Positions 27,201 through 42,200 of a DNA stretch of 64,000 bases are shown piece by piece. The notes beneath the pieces are model-generated. The model was not told the DNA's origin. It was given only the letters and a program-made list of their open reading frames with translations, and did not search any database. Within the stretch, counting starts at the first letter, position 1. Every line of letters begins with the position of its first letter. Source of the stretch: Phoronis australis (taxonomy: Eukaryota; Animalia; Phoronida). The position numbers and the translations under genes were made by a program. Where the stretch lies: assembly GCA_002633005.1 (NCBI GenBank), contig NMRA01000017.1, forward strand, positions 206,260-270,259, read 5' to 3'.

Positions 27201-30200
27201 AGGCACAGTTTCCAAACCATCAAACCATAATCTTGACCTTCTCTGTATCAAGAACCATTTCTTAAGAGAGACTTTCCAAAGTACACAAAACCAATCGAGC
27301 ATTTAAAACTTGTCTACTTCCGTGTTACTTGTCCTTAACTGCCGTGAGTGGCAGTCAGCTGATAATAGTGTACTGAATACTTGGCATATACATAATGTAA
27401 TAATCAATTGCTTAGTTGCCATCAGGCTTTGTTTTGGTTTGCTGTGTACTTTTGCAGTCAGCCCCTACTTGTGTGCTAAAATTCTATTTTCCATTAAGTC
27501 CCCTCACACACAGCCTACCCTAGAACAACTTGCAATAGTGCAACTTACCCCACTTTTAAGAGGAGCATACACACCACACATACCCGATAACTAGGGTAAG
27601 GCAGAAGTTGTCGCTCTGTACGTGACAATGAACAGCTTAAATATGCGAATATGGATCGCAAAAGACAGGGCCTGGAATGACCAATGACAAAAAAGGAAAA
27701 TTTTCCAGGTGATGTATCATTTCACAAACAAATAGGCTTGTGTTATGGAAATATATTGTGTAGTAAAATTTTAAGTGAAATAAATGTTTTTGCATGCATT
27801 AAGTCAAACTAATGATAAAAAAGTGCGGAAAAAAGTGGAAACTGGAAATCAAATAAGAGGAAATTGAAGCCAAAACAGAGGAAATCCTCTTACAAGAGGA
27901 AAATTCCATGCCCTGAAATGAAGACCCATCTGTGTGTACTGGACGCAGCTGATAGTTACTTGTGCCTTGCCCCAGGTTTGCGCCCACACAGGAATTACAA
28001 GTGGTGCAAGGCATCCTAGAACATTAGTTACCTCATCTTGGTAAGGTGGAATAAGTTGTCACAAGTGGGGTAAGTTGCACTAGTTTAAATTTGCGGCCAC
28101 ACAGCCTCCAAACTTGGCGACAGTTTGTTCAAGGGCAAGTCACTGTGTGGATGGCACTTAAGAGTCTGCATGTTTTGCATGTTATACACAGGTGACACAT
28201 TCAATACAATTATTACAGGACTGTCAAATATTAACCATGCTTTTTGCTCCAGCTGCAGATCTGTTTCAGAGGTATGAAGTGTGTCGCAATCACGTCATCC
28301 CGTAAAGGGTTATGATCGACAAGCTGCACCTTGAATCTCTTGTACAGTGGGGGTGAAAGATCTGTGAAAACAATCTCCTGGTTCCATATAGGACTGTAAG
28401 TTGCACGCTTCACTGACGTCTGTTCCTGGTAGTAACAATTATGAGGAACTATAATCATATCATTTCATGACAAACAAATAATTAATAATTTCAATTAAGG
28501 ATACGTGTACTTCTGTCTCAATGAATTTTGTTGTTTTTCAAAAATTTCTTTATTCATGGCAAAACACACGAGGATTTCAAATATATTACGTTTTACCCAA
28601 ACCTTAAAACTGTTTTTTTTTTTAAATCACCACTTTTTCGGAAGCCCTTCTTAGCATAGAAAACTTGTTTATCTAAAGTGAGTCAATCAAATCATTTTGT
28701 GCCAAATTTTTCCCCAAACGCAAACCCTTATTGTTCATCGGTACACTAGGCCCATCCCTCAGCACGCCGTTTGTAATCAGCACTGTCGGCCAGTTTACTA
28801 TTCATTGTTGATAACCCATTGATATCGATAACATAGTTCGTAAACCAAAAGGAAAGAAAGAATTTTTGTCCTACTGGAGAATAAAATTAGTGCAAAGCGA
28901 CCAAGAAACAATCCCAATCAATTCCAGAACGTGCATTATACTCAAGCGAATAACTCCGGTATAAATCCCGAGAGGTCATGATTAGAGTGATACAACTCGG
29001 TTCCGACAGTGATTATAAACATTATTATTAGGAACTTGGGTGACGACTTGTAAGCGTCACAATGGATCCTTGGTGATACTCAAACAGTAAACTAAGATCG
29101 TGCATTATTTTTAGAAATTCCATTGCGTGAGAGAATACCAGTCTCCTGTCGGCCCTACAGCCGGCCTCTGGAGCACAGTTTAAATAAATTACTCAGCTAC
29201 TGAGAAAATTCAATACATCTTTTACTCGATTAGCCATCAAGAACAGTTTTAATCATAACACTACGGTAAAACAGTGACTGGGCTGAAGATAACACAAAAC
29301 AGTGCTTTTCTTTGTTCATTATTTGGGCCAGCATACTAACTTTGAGCCACAATTTCTTCGAAAAGAGCCAACAGATGTTCTTAGTGTTTGAATTTTCAGA
29401 CACCACAGCCAAAAAATATGAAAACTGTGTCTCAGATTTTCGATTAGAGATTTCATTGATATTTTATGTTTGATTTAGGATTAATTCACATTGTTTTTGA
29501 AAAAATGATTGCAAAATGGTCCCTTTAATTCAAAATCCATGACATGGTTTTGGAGCAAATGTGCCAAAGTTTTGTTGTAGGTTAAAGAATTTGTAATTGA
29601 CGTACTTTTCACAAACAAAGTTTTCACCCAAAACACCGACAAATAGGACCGCAAAAATTGCACAATGTTGTGGATAACAGAGATGAATTCGTTTTGACTT
29701 CTACTTTCAGAAAAGATGTACTTTCACGGGTTGACAGTGGTTGGTTAATTAGATATTAACAATTGGGGGGTACACCTAACCTTTAAGGAGTAGCTCGGTA
29801 GTTTGAGTTCAGAACTCTACTCCAGTTCAAATCCTGACTATTCTGACAGACAAACGAGCAATGCACAAAAAGTTTCCCCTCTCTCAGATCAGTCTTACAA
29901 CATTATGACTAATACATACCTGGATATAATTGAAAATCAATTTCAGTGAGAAGGATTATAGTATCTAAAATTCACATCATTTTACATACCTTGAAATATG
30001 ATACTGAAAACACTTACATTTATTTTGACATTATTCAATAATTTTAAATTCAGAAGCTAAAAAATATCATTTTTCTCAGTCAGGCATCAAGTCCTTAATT
30101 TTCAACCAGCGAGAATGTTGGGCCACTGAAAATGGAAATTGAAGGCAATCAATATGATGCAATTACTTACAGTCTCCGTTCCAAATGTGACACGAACACA

Positions 30201-33200
30201 AGGGTCTGCGAGCGCCATGTCTTCATTGGTCAATGCCTTCTTGATGCTGGCTAATACACCAATGTCCATTCTTGGAATGTCGCGGGCTTTATAGATCTTG
30301 ATGATGAAACGAATTGGAGGTCGAGGAAACGTTATCTCTTTGGGCATCATAAGATTCCTACACAAATACAGCAGAGTCAATAGAGATCTTAATCCTTGTT
30401 TTATCCAATCATATTACTTGAATATTTAACATTTTATCCAATCATATATTTTAATATTTAATGTTTTATCCAATAATATATTTTAATTTTAATATTTAAT
30501 GTTATCCAATAATATTTCAATATTTAATGTTTTACCCAATCACATATAAAAATACATGATTGGATAAAACGAGAGGGAGGGAGAGAGGGAGGGAGGGAGG
30601 GAGGGAGNGAGAGTAATCATTAACCATTCTAATCACCTTACAAGCTCAGTCTAGGTGCCATGTTTTGAAGAAAAAATAATACATTGGCCGGAACTTGCAT
30701 GATGGAATGCAAATCTAACTCTTCTCAAACTGAACTAACAGATAGAATCTTCTTCCACTAATTAGATGAAAATTAAACAACAGCAAACTTCACCAAACTG
30801 AACACTAAGCACAAGTGAGAATAGCTTCTGTTGAGCCCAACTGAGTCACCGTAGATACAAACTGCGAGGCAAACGTGGGTAAAAAAGCGACAGGTGAACA
30901 CCTTAACCACTATACAACAAAGAGGCTCTATAAACGCTGTTATACCTGAAGTGTATCACCTTAACCACTACACCAAGGTTTTTGTAAGACTGTGCTACAA
31001 GACATGTAGCTGGCCTACCAATTACTGAGTACCTCACACTAAAGCATACTTCTCAAAATCATCGTTGTCAGCAGATCTGTATGTTGCTGGTTCAATGGGA
31101 CTGTTGGAAGACATGGTCACAATGGTGCATCTTACAAACCCTCTGTTGCCCGTGGCAAAGTAGGTGGGATCTGTGAGAGGTGCCCATTTACAAACATATT
31201 GGTGACCTGAAAACAACAAATAGAACAGGCTTGCTAAACGTACAGTCATAAACGGAGTTTCGCCGCACAAATGAAAAAGTTCATGATGATTCGACGTTTC
31301 GTCTATTCATTAGACATCATCAGGTTATAAACAATAAGACATCCAGTGTCGACATACCAGTCAGGCAACATCCGTGAAGTGAAATGAGTGTAGCTGTTGG
31401 TTCTCTGATTAACATACAGAGCTCAGTGACACTACAGCTATGGTGACGACCTATTTACTATTTCCTGTCATTGTTGCTACACTCATTTCACCACATGGAT
31501 GTAACCTGATTGGTATGTCAACACTTGATGTCTGATTGTTTATAAACTGATGGTGTCTAATGAATAGACGAAACATTGAATCAATATGAACTTTTTCATT
31601 TGAGCGGTGATTGTCCGCTTTTTAATCCTATTATGGCCAAAACCTGATGTAATTAATGGAGTTGTAATCCCTGAAACCACCCAGAACTTAGCTAATGCCA
31701 GTGCATTGCCTCTACACAATCCTGCCCTTAATTTCATCATAATACATATGGTGTTTTTTGAGAAAATAAAGCAAGGACAGATGGCCAACAGGTGGACCAC
31801 ATGCTGACAATATCAGACCACAGAAAACATTTGTGGGAAAATAACAACTTATACACAAAGTGTACCTAACTATCGGGACCTTAAATATCGGACATTTCAT
31901 AAAATCTTACATGAAGCATGATCTGAGAATTAAATGACACCCATTTTTGTTCCGCTGTAATGCATTCAATGTCCAGCACCGTCTCGTTTTTTACAGGGCT
32001 GCCTCGTTTTGATTTCATCAAGAGAGGGTGCAATTTAGACCCTCAAGTTGGCCTAAAATGGACGATTACATAAATTGGTTATAAAAGTTGAAAACAAAAT
32101 CTTTTTCCACAATGAAATCGTCACAATGAACTGACAATGTGTCACTGTTTCATTTTTTTCATGTGTTTTTAAACTCAAGTCAAACCCTGGCCGCACAAGT
32201 GCAGGTGTCATATCAAGAAGGCAAAGGATACTAAAAACTACAATGATTCATCGAAACGACTTGGCTCTGTCATCAGATTTCATTTTATGGATAATTTTAT
32301 AACCAATGGAGCTGTGTTCTATCAGCACATATGACAAAACACTCAAGATGAAATTTGGCTACAAGGTGCCCGCGGCCATTACTAGGTTAGTCAGTTTTCC
32401 GTGGTGTGGCGTTTGGGGAAACATGGTATCAGATATTTAGGTTCTCCGAAGGTTTGCTAGTTGTGTTTTTTAAAGATAAGTCAGAACATAAACGTGGCTT
32501 TCGGTGACAAGATATAGTAACAGAACAATTCCGTAAAAGGTAAGTCTTGATTTCACCAAAGAATTTACAACAATCCGTAGTATTTTCAGTTAAATATAAT
32601 GCAAAATGTGCTAAAACATCCGATAATTAGGTCACGTGACTGTACAATATTGTGGTCTTACTTGACTGTGTTCAATTGAGACATAACAACAAGTAGTGAA
32701 TCAGTAAAATGCACAAAATCTAGATCTACCTCTCAAATATATCAGTTCAAAATCTTCTGATCTCCATAAACACAACAGTCTAAATTAAGACTATCTAGCA
32801 AGTAATTCACAAAAAGCATTCAGTTCCACGGAACGAAAAATTCTGGAGCACAGACTACCTTTCTCTGCCCACACATGACCGACGTCAATTTTGTATACAC
32901 CCAGTGTCTTCCCTAACTGAAATAAGTTCTTCGTCAAACCCTGGGCATCCATGACTTTGTTGGAGTTGAGAACCTGAAATATTTGAAGCACAGGTTCACA
33001 GGAGAGCCTTCACAACATGTTAAAAACATTGCAGTGGAGATGGACACCTGGACCACCACCAAATAATGATCTGAAGTTTTCCAAATTCTATGATTTTGAG
33101 TAAAACCATTGTCAAATTTGTAAAATCATCTAGCGACTTCAATGACCGTTCAAAGTTTATAAGAACTTTTACAGTCACCATGTTCAAAATCTTTTGGTCT

Positions 33201-36200
33201 ATTCACACTAACCTCTAGACTATTCACATTGGTGTGACATTTTGGTCAGTCGTATATTCACATTGGCGTGACATTTTGGTTGGTTATATATTCACATTGG
33301 CATGACATTTTGGTCGGTCATATCTCTGGCAATCTTCAGGCGTTCGCGTTCTTAGAGTGAGTACGGGTCCCTGATACACTTTGATTACATTTATTTTTAT
33401 GCTCAAAATATGTGCAATTGACAAGCAGAATATTGCACATTGTAAATGACAGCACAATAAGTAAACCTCAACTAACTTGGTGTATACTTCTACACAAAAT
33501 ACACTACAAAAGGATTCAAGTTACAAAATGTCTACCTAAAAGGGGTAAGGTTCCTGGCCTGGATACAACCCGACACCACCATAAAAGTGACTAGCATGTA
33601 ATGTTTTAAGCATGCTCATGCGATACGAAGCTTGTCCATTTCCATGCTACGTTATCGTGTACATTGCTACATATATAACTTTGTCTAGTATGTATAATAT
33701 AACGTTGTATGGAAAATGACAAATTGTATTGAATGAGCACAGCCTTAAGTACTTACCGCAATAGTGATTACGGTATCCATGAACATTTCGTGCGGGATTT
33801 CGAAATTGAACACAAAGAGCTGCAAATATTCAACATAAAAACTGAAAAAACTACAAGTTTACGAAAATATATTTCCATATAACAAGCATTTGAAAATTTT
33901 CCATTAAAAAAATTTTACCACAACAGTGAACTAAATTGCAAAATTATCAAGAACCAGCAGCTTTATCAATGATCACTACGATATCACGTACAAATCTTGT
34001 GTCTTCCAATCATAATACTGCATCTTTATGATATGTGAACTCTTGATCACTGACCACGATGACATCATTCAACAGGCTCACATCTACAAGTTGGCGGCAC
34101 CCCTTCAGTCATGTTTGCAGGGGTAAGTCACCCCTAACGTAATGAGTGCTCTGTTCCACACAAAAGGAATTTAAATCAACGTTCGTGATAACAATGATAT
34201 TTACCTGCACGTGTACAACTTTGTTGACAACATACAAGGTGCCATGAACTACGTGGAGTTTGAGAAGATAAGCTTTGTTCACACCTTAGAATGTTTACAA
34301 TGACCAAAGTATTGTGTGAATAATTATGTTCCCGCAGAAAAATTAAAATATATCGCCTCATTTCGTTGTCATGTCTTTGCGACAGCTCTTACATCTGACT
34401 CAAAGTAATACCAAATTACAGTTCAATTAAAAATTGGTAACTGGACAGCTCAAAATCCAGTCGTATGTCCAATAGGTAACCATGGAAATACATAAACCAG
34501 TGGTCACTTAATTCAAACAGAGGCCAAAGTTTCTGGATAAATCTAAGACCTTGTGAAACCCAGTAAAATTGTCTAATTAACGTATTATCATCAATGTTTC
34601 AACTTTTTGAGAGAATAAGACTTTTGATACGTGCAATAAAATGGAGTTTACTTCAAGCCACAATGGCATACTTGCATTTTCCAATCAAGCTTCACAATGT
34701 TCTTCACATGAAAAGCATAATATCTTCATTGAAATGTTACCATATAGTTTTGAAGCATGTATGCAACATATTAAAAGGCTCTCTAGGAATAGTGTACTTC
34801 TAGAGTCATTGTTCAAGCACCCAACATATGCCTTCCCCCCCCCCCCGTGGGTACGTGCGTGGGAACCATTTGTTCCTGGCATCATCTCAGCATGGTGTTA
34901 TCACTCACCTCATTGTAGAATGGACAGTTAGTGGACTTATGGATAAAGGTACACCTCTGTTGGTCACCTACACTGACCACAACTGCTGGGTCAAGGTCCA
35001 GTCCAGACAGGTTACGGGCCTCATAAACAGTTACAGCCACTTGGAAATGTTTTGCCTTAGGAAAGGCTTTATCTACAGTTGGCACAAACTGTCGACTGTA
35101 ATACACCAAATATAATAGTCAAGAATAATCAACCTAGGCTCTGAACAAAAAGTCTGAACAGCAGTAAGGATATCTCAAACCTTATTCACAAAAATTGACC
35201 ATTTTTACAATATTTCACATATGTCTTCCCTTCATTCTCAAGGAATTTCAAGTACAAAACATATACCGTGTAATGAGAAAAAAGATTTATCAGAACCACC
35301 TTGGAAATTTCGTTAACTACTTATCCGAGGTCAAAAGATAACAGGGCTGTCACTCAAATCGAATCTCCCATCAGGTACCGAGCAGCTTCGTATGTTCCCT
35401 CAGTCCTTTCATTCACAGAGTCACCATAATATTGAGTTAACGAAGTGCACATGCCAGGGAAAACGAAGACAAAACGTAGTTTTGATCCTGAGGGAGTTGC
35501 GTTTCTACATGCATACGACCGTTGAGAGCGAATGCTTCAAGTTGCCTCACATCTCTGTGATCACGAACACATGATGTGCAATGATGTACCTTTCTTAAAA
35601 ATGAAATTTTGACATAAAAAGGTGTTAACATAATAATAATTACGGTACGTAAAAACACATATATTCGTATTTCCTGATCTTTTTTCTTTCAGAAAGTATA
35701 TACTTTTACAAGTTGACAAAGCATAGTTTTTTGATACACGAGTTAGAATGAAGGCCACTACTAAGATTTTGGTCATTCAGCATTTACAGAAATTTGCAGA
35801 TCCCTTGTTTTTGACCAACAAATTTACTCGATTCTATTGTACAAAACTAAAGACAAAATACAACAACTTTTTCTTAAAATACAATGGAATGGGAAACAGC
35901 ATCCTGAGAATGTGCTTCAACAATTCTACAGGCATACACTTTCAAATGAGATTATAAGCTTTTGAACAGGAAATGGTATAAAAGGGTCATGACCTTTGAC
36001 TAATGGTCATGAGTGAGCAATGAACATCTTCCAATACTCACTTCACATGCTCCATAAAACTTGACGGCGGATGTGTGACTACATCAGTCTCATCATCATC
36101 TAAAACATATGAAAACAAATCTGCTGCAACTTCAAAAGAGAAGAATATAATACACCCAAAACGCCAAACAAATTGTAACCTTGTAATTCCAAATTCATGT

Positions 36201-39200
36201 TTCTACAATCATATGCATGGCTCTGTGATTGCACATACCAGTTACGAATGAAATGGTGATTATCAGCTAGCCATGGTACGTGGATATTTTAACTATTTAA
36301 AGAGTTTAAAATCACCAATTTCATATCAAAACACCATAAAACAATCCCACCAGTCAGTCAGGTGTCAAACTAGAACACCTGCAAACACTATCTGACGATA
36401 CGATAATTAGCTGACACTGAGTTACGAACATTTATTAGTCGATACATGCTACGTAAAATTGGGACACCCAATCATAGTACTCAAGTCATCTTCCATTGAA
36501 TTTAGAGTGAAAAGTCGCCAGACATTGCTACTCGCTTTGGTACCGTAAGGAATGGCAAAGGCTTGAGGTTGTGGTGTTTATGACAAATTAGTATTTGCCC
36601 ACGCAGGACATCGGAAAAGCACGGATATGGCACAAGTTTGTACAAGAAACTGGCCTGTTAATAGAAATGACACACTGGCCCTGGGTATGTTCATACAACA
36701 CACTCGTGTCCGTGAAGCGAAGAAACTTTTAAATGAATTCACTTTTCTTCTATTTTCCCATTTTTTGGGATATTGAATTCAAGGTTGTGACATACAGAGC
36801 TATAAAGCATGGTGTAATGATGCTGACAATGTAGTCACTAGTCAAAACAATGGTAGTTTCAAGCACTTTAAAATTGTGACATTCACGCCATGAAGGACCA
36901 TATCCATTACTTTGTCTCTTTTGAAAAATATCTACTCAAAAAAATAATCTTCTGAAAGTGGAAAGCCTGAAGAATTTAATTTTTGACGATATACCAATCT
37001 GACATGAATGACATCATGTAACTCCCTGTAACTGACTGTGTCTGTGTTTCAACATTTGTCGTTGGGCCTAGCTAGGTGGCCATTATGTTCTCTCTTCTTC
37101 TGAAGATGGTATTTAAAAAAAATGACACCGAAACACGTCAAGCCATTTTAAATCCGTTGTTGTTTTTATTAATGTAACTATGTCTTTTTAGTAGAATTTG
37201 GAAAAAAAACATGCACTCATAGCACAACAATGGTTTCAGTAACACGACCAATTTCATTTGATAAAAATATTCAAGATAAAATTTCAAAAATGCTGTTATA
37301 GGTAAAGTGCAATGTTTTAAAAACAGTCCCTGATAGCAGAACAGTACATAAACCTGCCTGAAAGTTTCACATGAATTTGATCAGTCACTTCTGAGCTATA
37401 ATGTAATAGTTTCAAATTTGGAAATTTTTCCATGCAAAGTGTACTACATAATCTTAAAAAAATAAAACAAAACTCAGAACTTACCAAAGCTGATCATGCT
37501 ACTACCATTTTCTTTGCGATGAGTCACGCTAAAAGAAATGTAGCAAAATGGTGACAAATGACAAAATCAATTCACTCAGCACACTGAATGCCCAAGACAC
37601 ATTTTTTAAATAAAAATTCATATCATTAATATAAATACACTTTGTCATCTGGTTGGAAATTCAGAAGCTATAACTAAGCTGTCTAAAGCCGTTGTGAAGG
37701 TGTGAATGTAATCAACACTACTATTACTAATTAGAAATGTTCCAACGCATTCTGTAAACTAAAGCTACTGTGAACTCAAGAGAATTACTGACCTACACTG
37801 CCACACCCTAGTTAGAATATTCCACCACGTTCTGCCTCTACTGCTTCAACCCTCATTTCATCATCAACATTTCCAGAACAAATATTACCTGTATGTATCA
37901 TCCCACAAACTGCCTCGATCAACAGACTGTTCCAGTCTTTCCAGATCTTCCACAGAGTACAACGGAAAGTCAAAACCGAGCGCCTTCCAGTCGCCAACCG
38001 ATCCATCTGGTGAGTGGTATGTGACCTCAAATTCGATGCAAATCTAAAGAATCCGAATTGTTTGTCAATGAAAATGTTATGGATTATAGCAATTATAATA
38101 GACGTACTTTTAAAAAATTGCTGTCCCATTAAAAGAACCAGTTTTGAACTTGAAATGATTACTTTTCAAAAAGGATTGAAATAGCTATCTTTATTCATTA
38201 ACTGATTATTCCGACAAGCACAACTATTTTGTATCAAACAGCTGATAAAAATTGATGTATTTCGAACTGTCTTAAGAAACTGATCAGTCACAACACCTTT
38301 TGTGCATTGTAGTATCAAGAAACATGTGAAACAAGAACATCGATATATCGACTGGTGATCGTGAAAGCTGAGACTGTGGTAGTCTGACAGTAGAGGAGAC
38401 CCACAACTTTTGGTGAACTACACGTGAAATATACATACCTTCAAGAGAGAATTGTTGCCATCCGTAAGATAGTCTCTCAGAGAGATGTTGCCAATTTGCA
38501 CCAGCTCTTGACAGCACATGCTATAACATCCCACCAACCTAGAAACATGGACTGCACTTGTAGAAATGATGTCTTACACAAAAACATGCAATATATGGAA
38601 TCAAAGAGGTGTGCAGGATTACACTAGTCAATGTGTTGGTTATACAAAACAACACAGAATACAGAATGGCTCTCTGGTCTAGCAAGTAAGTTAGAACGAT
38701 AAAGCTACACTTGAACAGCTAGCTCTGCTCAGTCCATCAGGCTTGATGAAATTACCAAGGCAAAGTTCATACTGACAATTCAAGACCAGATGAGCGAGTT
38801 AGTTTTTAAACTCCAAAGCTGGTTAAGAATTCTGCATCGACAGCTAAACAGCAGTGAAATGTCCATTTAAAAAAGGGAAGTCATCGGGACAATCAATGTA
38901 CTTCAAAAAGTAAACAAAAGTAAGTGCGACTAATTACCTGTTGCTAATGAACTTGTTGTAGTTGAATAGTTCAACACAAATGATGTCATTCGGTTCCATA
39001 AATCGTGCAACGGGCCACTCGAAGGACTGCAGTACAAAAAACAGTGAAAGAAATTCAACATATCAGTCCCACTCCAATGCATTTGCACTTATAGCATGTT
39101 ACAGCAATGGATATTATATAGACATTTTCAAATTCATAAATACCAGGTGTTGCACTAACTAGGCAGTTAAAATTCTGAGCTTATCAAAATTGTCATCAAC

Positions 39201-42200
39201 CAATGGGAAAAGTAACCTTGACCTTCTTACAAAGATTTAATGCCGAGGTAACATTTTAGAATAAGTAGAGATAACATCCTTCTCATCAACAGATAATTGA
39301 ATTAGTAGCTTTAGAACTCTGGGAATCATAAAAGAAATACTGACTATCAAAGATGGGCATATCATTTTTACACATAAAAAATATACGCCGTATAAGCAAC
39401 AATGACGTCGCGTTATCACCCGTCACGTTGTTATTGTTGAACAATGCACCTGACGTCATGTAACAATCAAACTTATCCAGCAGATAATTTTCAAGTTTTA
39501 TGCAACCCAGCCCTGGAACATTAAGTTACCTTACAAATTTTAGTGAAAACGATTACCTCATTGACAAGGATGTCACCTTCACCATTTGGGATAATCCGAG
39601 AAACATAAGAATTGCCTGCAGAAAAGTAAACCAGGGTTCAGTCAGTATAGTGATTAAAAACAAATAGATATAAAAATCTGCAACTTATTAAGGAGGTATC
39701 CAAAACTGGGACATCATTTCCAAAATCCGAAAGAGTCTGGAGTTGACTATTACAGTGCCACACCTGGAAGCAAATGATACATGGTGAACTCACTCTCAGT
39801 TCAGAGAAAGGCATGTTTGCAAAGTGAACTAATTATGAGCATTTTCTGGAAGAAGCAACATATCCCGAGTTGACACTGTCTTATGGCCTGATGAATGACT
39901 GTAACATTTTAGAAGCATAGGTTTTACCACAAACATCATATTGGCCATAATTGAAGGAAGCCCAGATAGGAAACTTCACTTGGCCTCATCGTCCACTTCA
40001 CTTAAATGTATGATGAATTCAGACGTATAGGACACCATGAAACCTAAAGACAGGGGTAAAGTCTGTAAATGATGTCAGGCTTCATGTGCCAGTATTTTAT
40101 TAACACTGTTGTGAAAGCAGTCTGTACTTGTTCTTGGTTCGGTTGGGAATCAAACCAGCGATACCCTGAACTGTTGAGCCAATAGGCAAGCAATTTAGAG
40201 GAGCTTTTATATTACTTTATGAAGCCAACAGCGGTCACACAACAGATATGCCCTCTGGCTACATATCTCTAGCATCTAGGATTTCCTGTGTTCTGTATTA
40301 CTAGTATGTAATAAACCAAGTCACTTCACTGCATTTGACTACACTGCTCACATACTTTTGTACCTCATCAATAGAAGAGATTACCGTAACAAAATTGGAT
40401 CTTGAACATCAAGAACCCCACCCACTGTAACATACCTTAACCCTTGAAATAAATGACATCCCTAACCTGGCCTAACCTAGGCAATTACATCACCCTGGAT
40501 GCTGCAGGCATACAGGGGCGATAGTATATCCACATAAAAAGTTACGCATTTCAAAATACACCAAATAAAATCGAATGAAACATGCATAAATGCACATGGA
40601 GTTATAATTAACACATACCATGACTCTGAATACAAAGTCAACATAACTTGAACATGTCCATGAAAATTTGTCGCGGTTCGCTTGAGTTTCTCTCACCCGG
40701 TGCCATTTTGAGGAAATTACAAGAAATCACGCCTGTTAACGAACAAAAAGTCCAACGGACACAAAACTCACAAATTCTACCTGATATCTTCCCATGCTAT
40801 TTTGCAAGTGTCACGTACTTCGCTCAGTCTCGCGCTAGCCCTTGCCTAACTCACGTGACTCAGTTGAAATATTTTATGATATCGCATGCGGTGAAAAAGT
40901 TAACGGTGACCAAAAAGTTTAGTTGGAATTTTTCTCCAAAGTCACCCTAATTCTAGTAGATATGCTTTATAGAAGATATGTGTAGAAGCAGAAAGGATCA
41001 CTGAAGAAAGTAAGCTCATTTTTAAGTGATAGTTTTGACTGTAGAATGTATTTCTGACGAGGAGAAAACTCAAAATCGGTGGCCGTATTTGGCCTACCGC
41101 CTGTTTAAAATACAAGGAATGAAATGTGTACAGAAAGTGATGGGAATTATTGTAGCCCCTAACCGGCCAACCGAGGGGCTACGTGTTGCCTAGCCTAACC
41201 TTACTATATGAAGGAGTTGTGAATTATGTTGGATCCTTCTGTTGTGAAGCAGTTGAAGGCATCAAAATGGTTTAAATAATTTAGCTTAATTCTGTGCATT
41301 ACCTGTACATTTGGTTTAAAATGCAGGACTACTCAAATCATGACATGACGGACAGGACATACAAATGAGTAAGTTGCAAGAATGATCATTTTGCAGTCTG
41401 AGGAGGTCCTATTCATAGTTCACACTATTGACGGTATTATGAAATCGAAATGAATGCCAGTTTGCATACGCTTAGCCTTAGTAAAATAATGGTCAATCAA
41501 TCAATCTCTTTATTTATAGTCAGTTTGACAAAACAGACAAACGCTAGCCAAAGGCTAATATCACCGACTGTAAATAATAACATAAAACGTAAATAATAAA
41601 ATAATGAAAAACCAAATACATGACAAGATGAGAAAACACGAGTATATTGATGAGATATCATGAAAGTACATACACACACGTACACACACACACCAGATTT
41701 AAAATCTGCATACACTGCACCTGCACTGGGGTTCTGTCCAAGATTAAATAAAATTCTTAAAAAGTTTGTAATCCATGAACTTGGGCTCATTGGGAAGAGA
41801 GTTCCAGAGTTTAGCGCTGTACACTGACAAAGAATTTAAACCTTGGCGCATTGTTCGGTGCATTGTTTCAAATGTACTGGGTAGCACAGATTTATGATTT
41901 ATTGCGAAGATTATGAGACACTTTTTCCTCAAAGAGGTCCCACATGAAAGGGGGCGACAGTGATGATATGATTTGTACACCTCTAGAAGGATCGCGCACT
42001 TTCTAGACAGTTCAAGGGTCGGGAGATCTGCTTGAGCAAGAAGTTCAGTGTAGCTCGCACTCCAGTCCTGATACACAAACCTACTGCCCTGTACTGGAGG
42101 CGCTCGAGTTTTGTAGTGTTCGTCGCGCCGCATAAATGCCACACTACGTTACAGTAACTAAAGTGTGACAGGACAAAGCAACTAGGTTTAAAATAGCCAT

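Noticed and set aside
35437-35593. Possible extra ferlin linker exon ([11 protein letters not shown]...)
   Set aside because: No donor in the required phase 2; exons 7 and 8 already join in frame without it.
41054-41085. Hammerhead-like CUGACGA-GGAG-aaaa-CUC
   Set aside because: Followed by AAAA instead of GAAA, with no stem I or III. Other CTGATGA hits (about 21638, 53317, 55949) also lack the GAAA arm.
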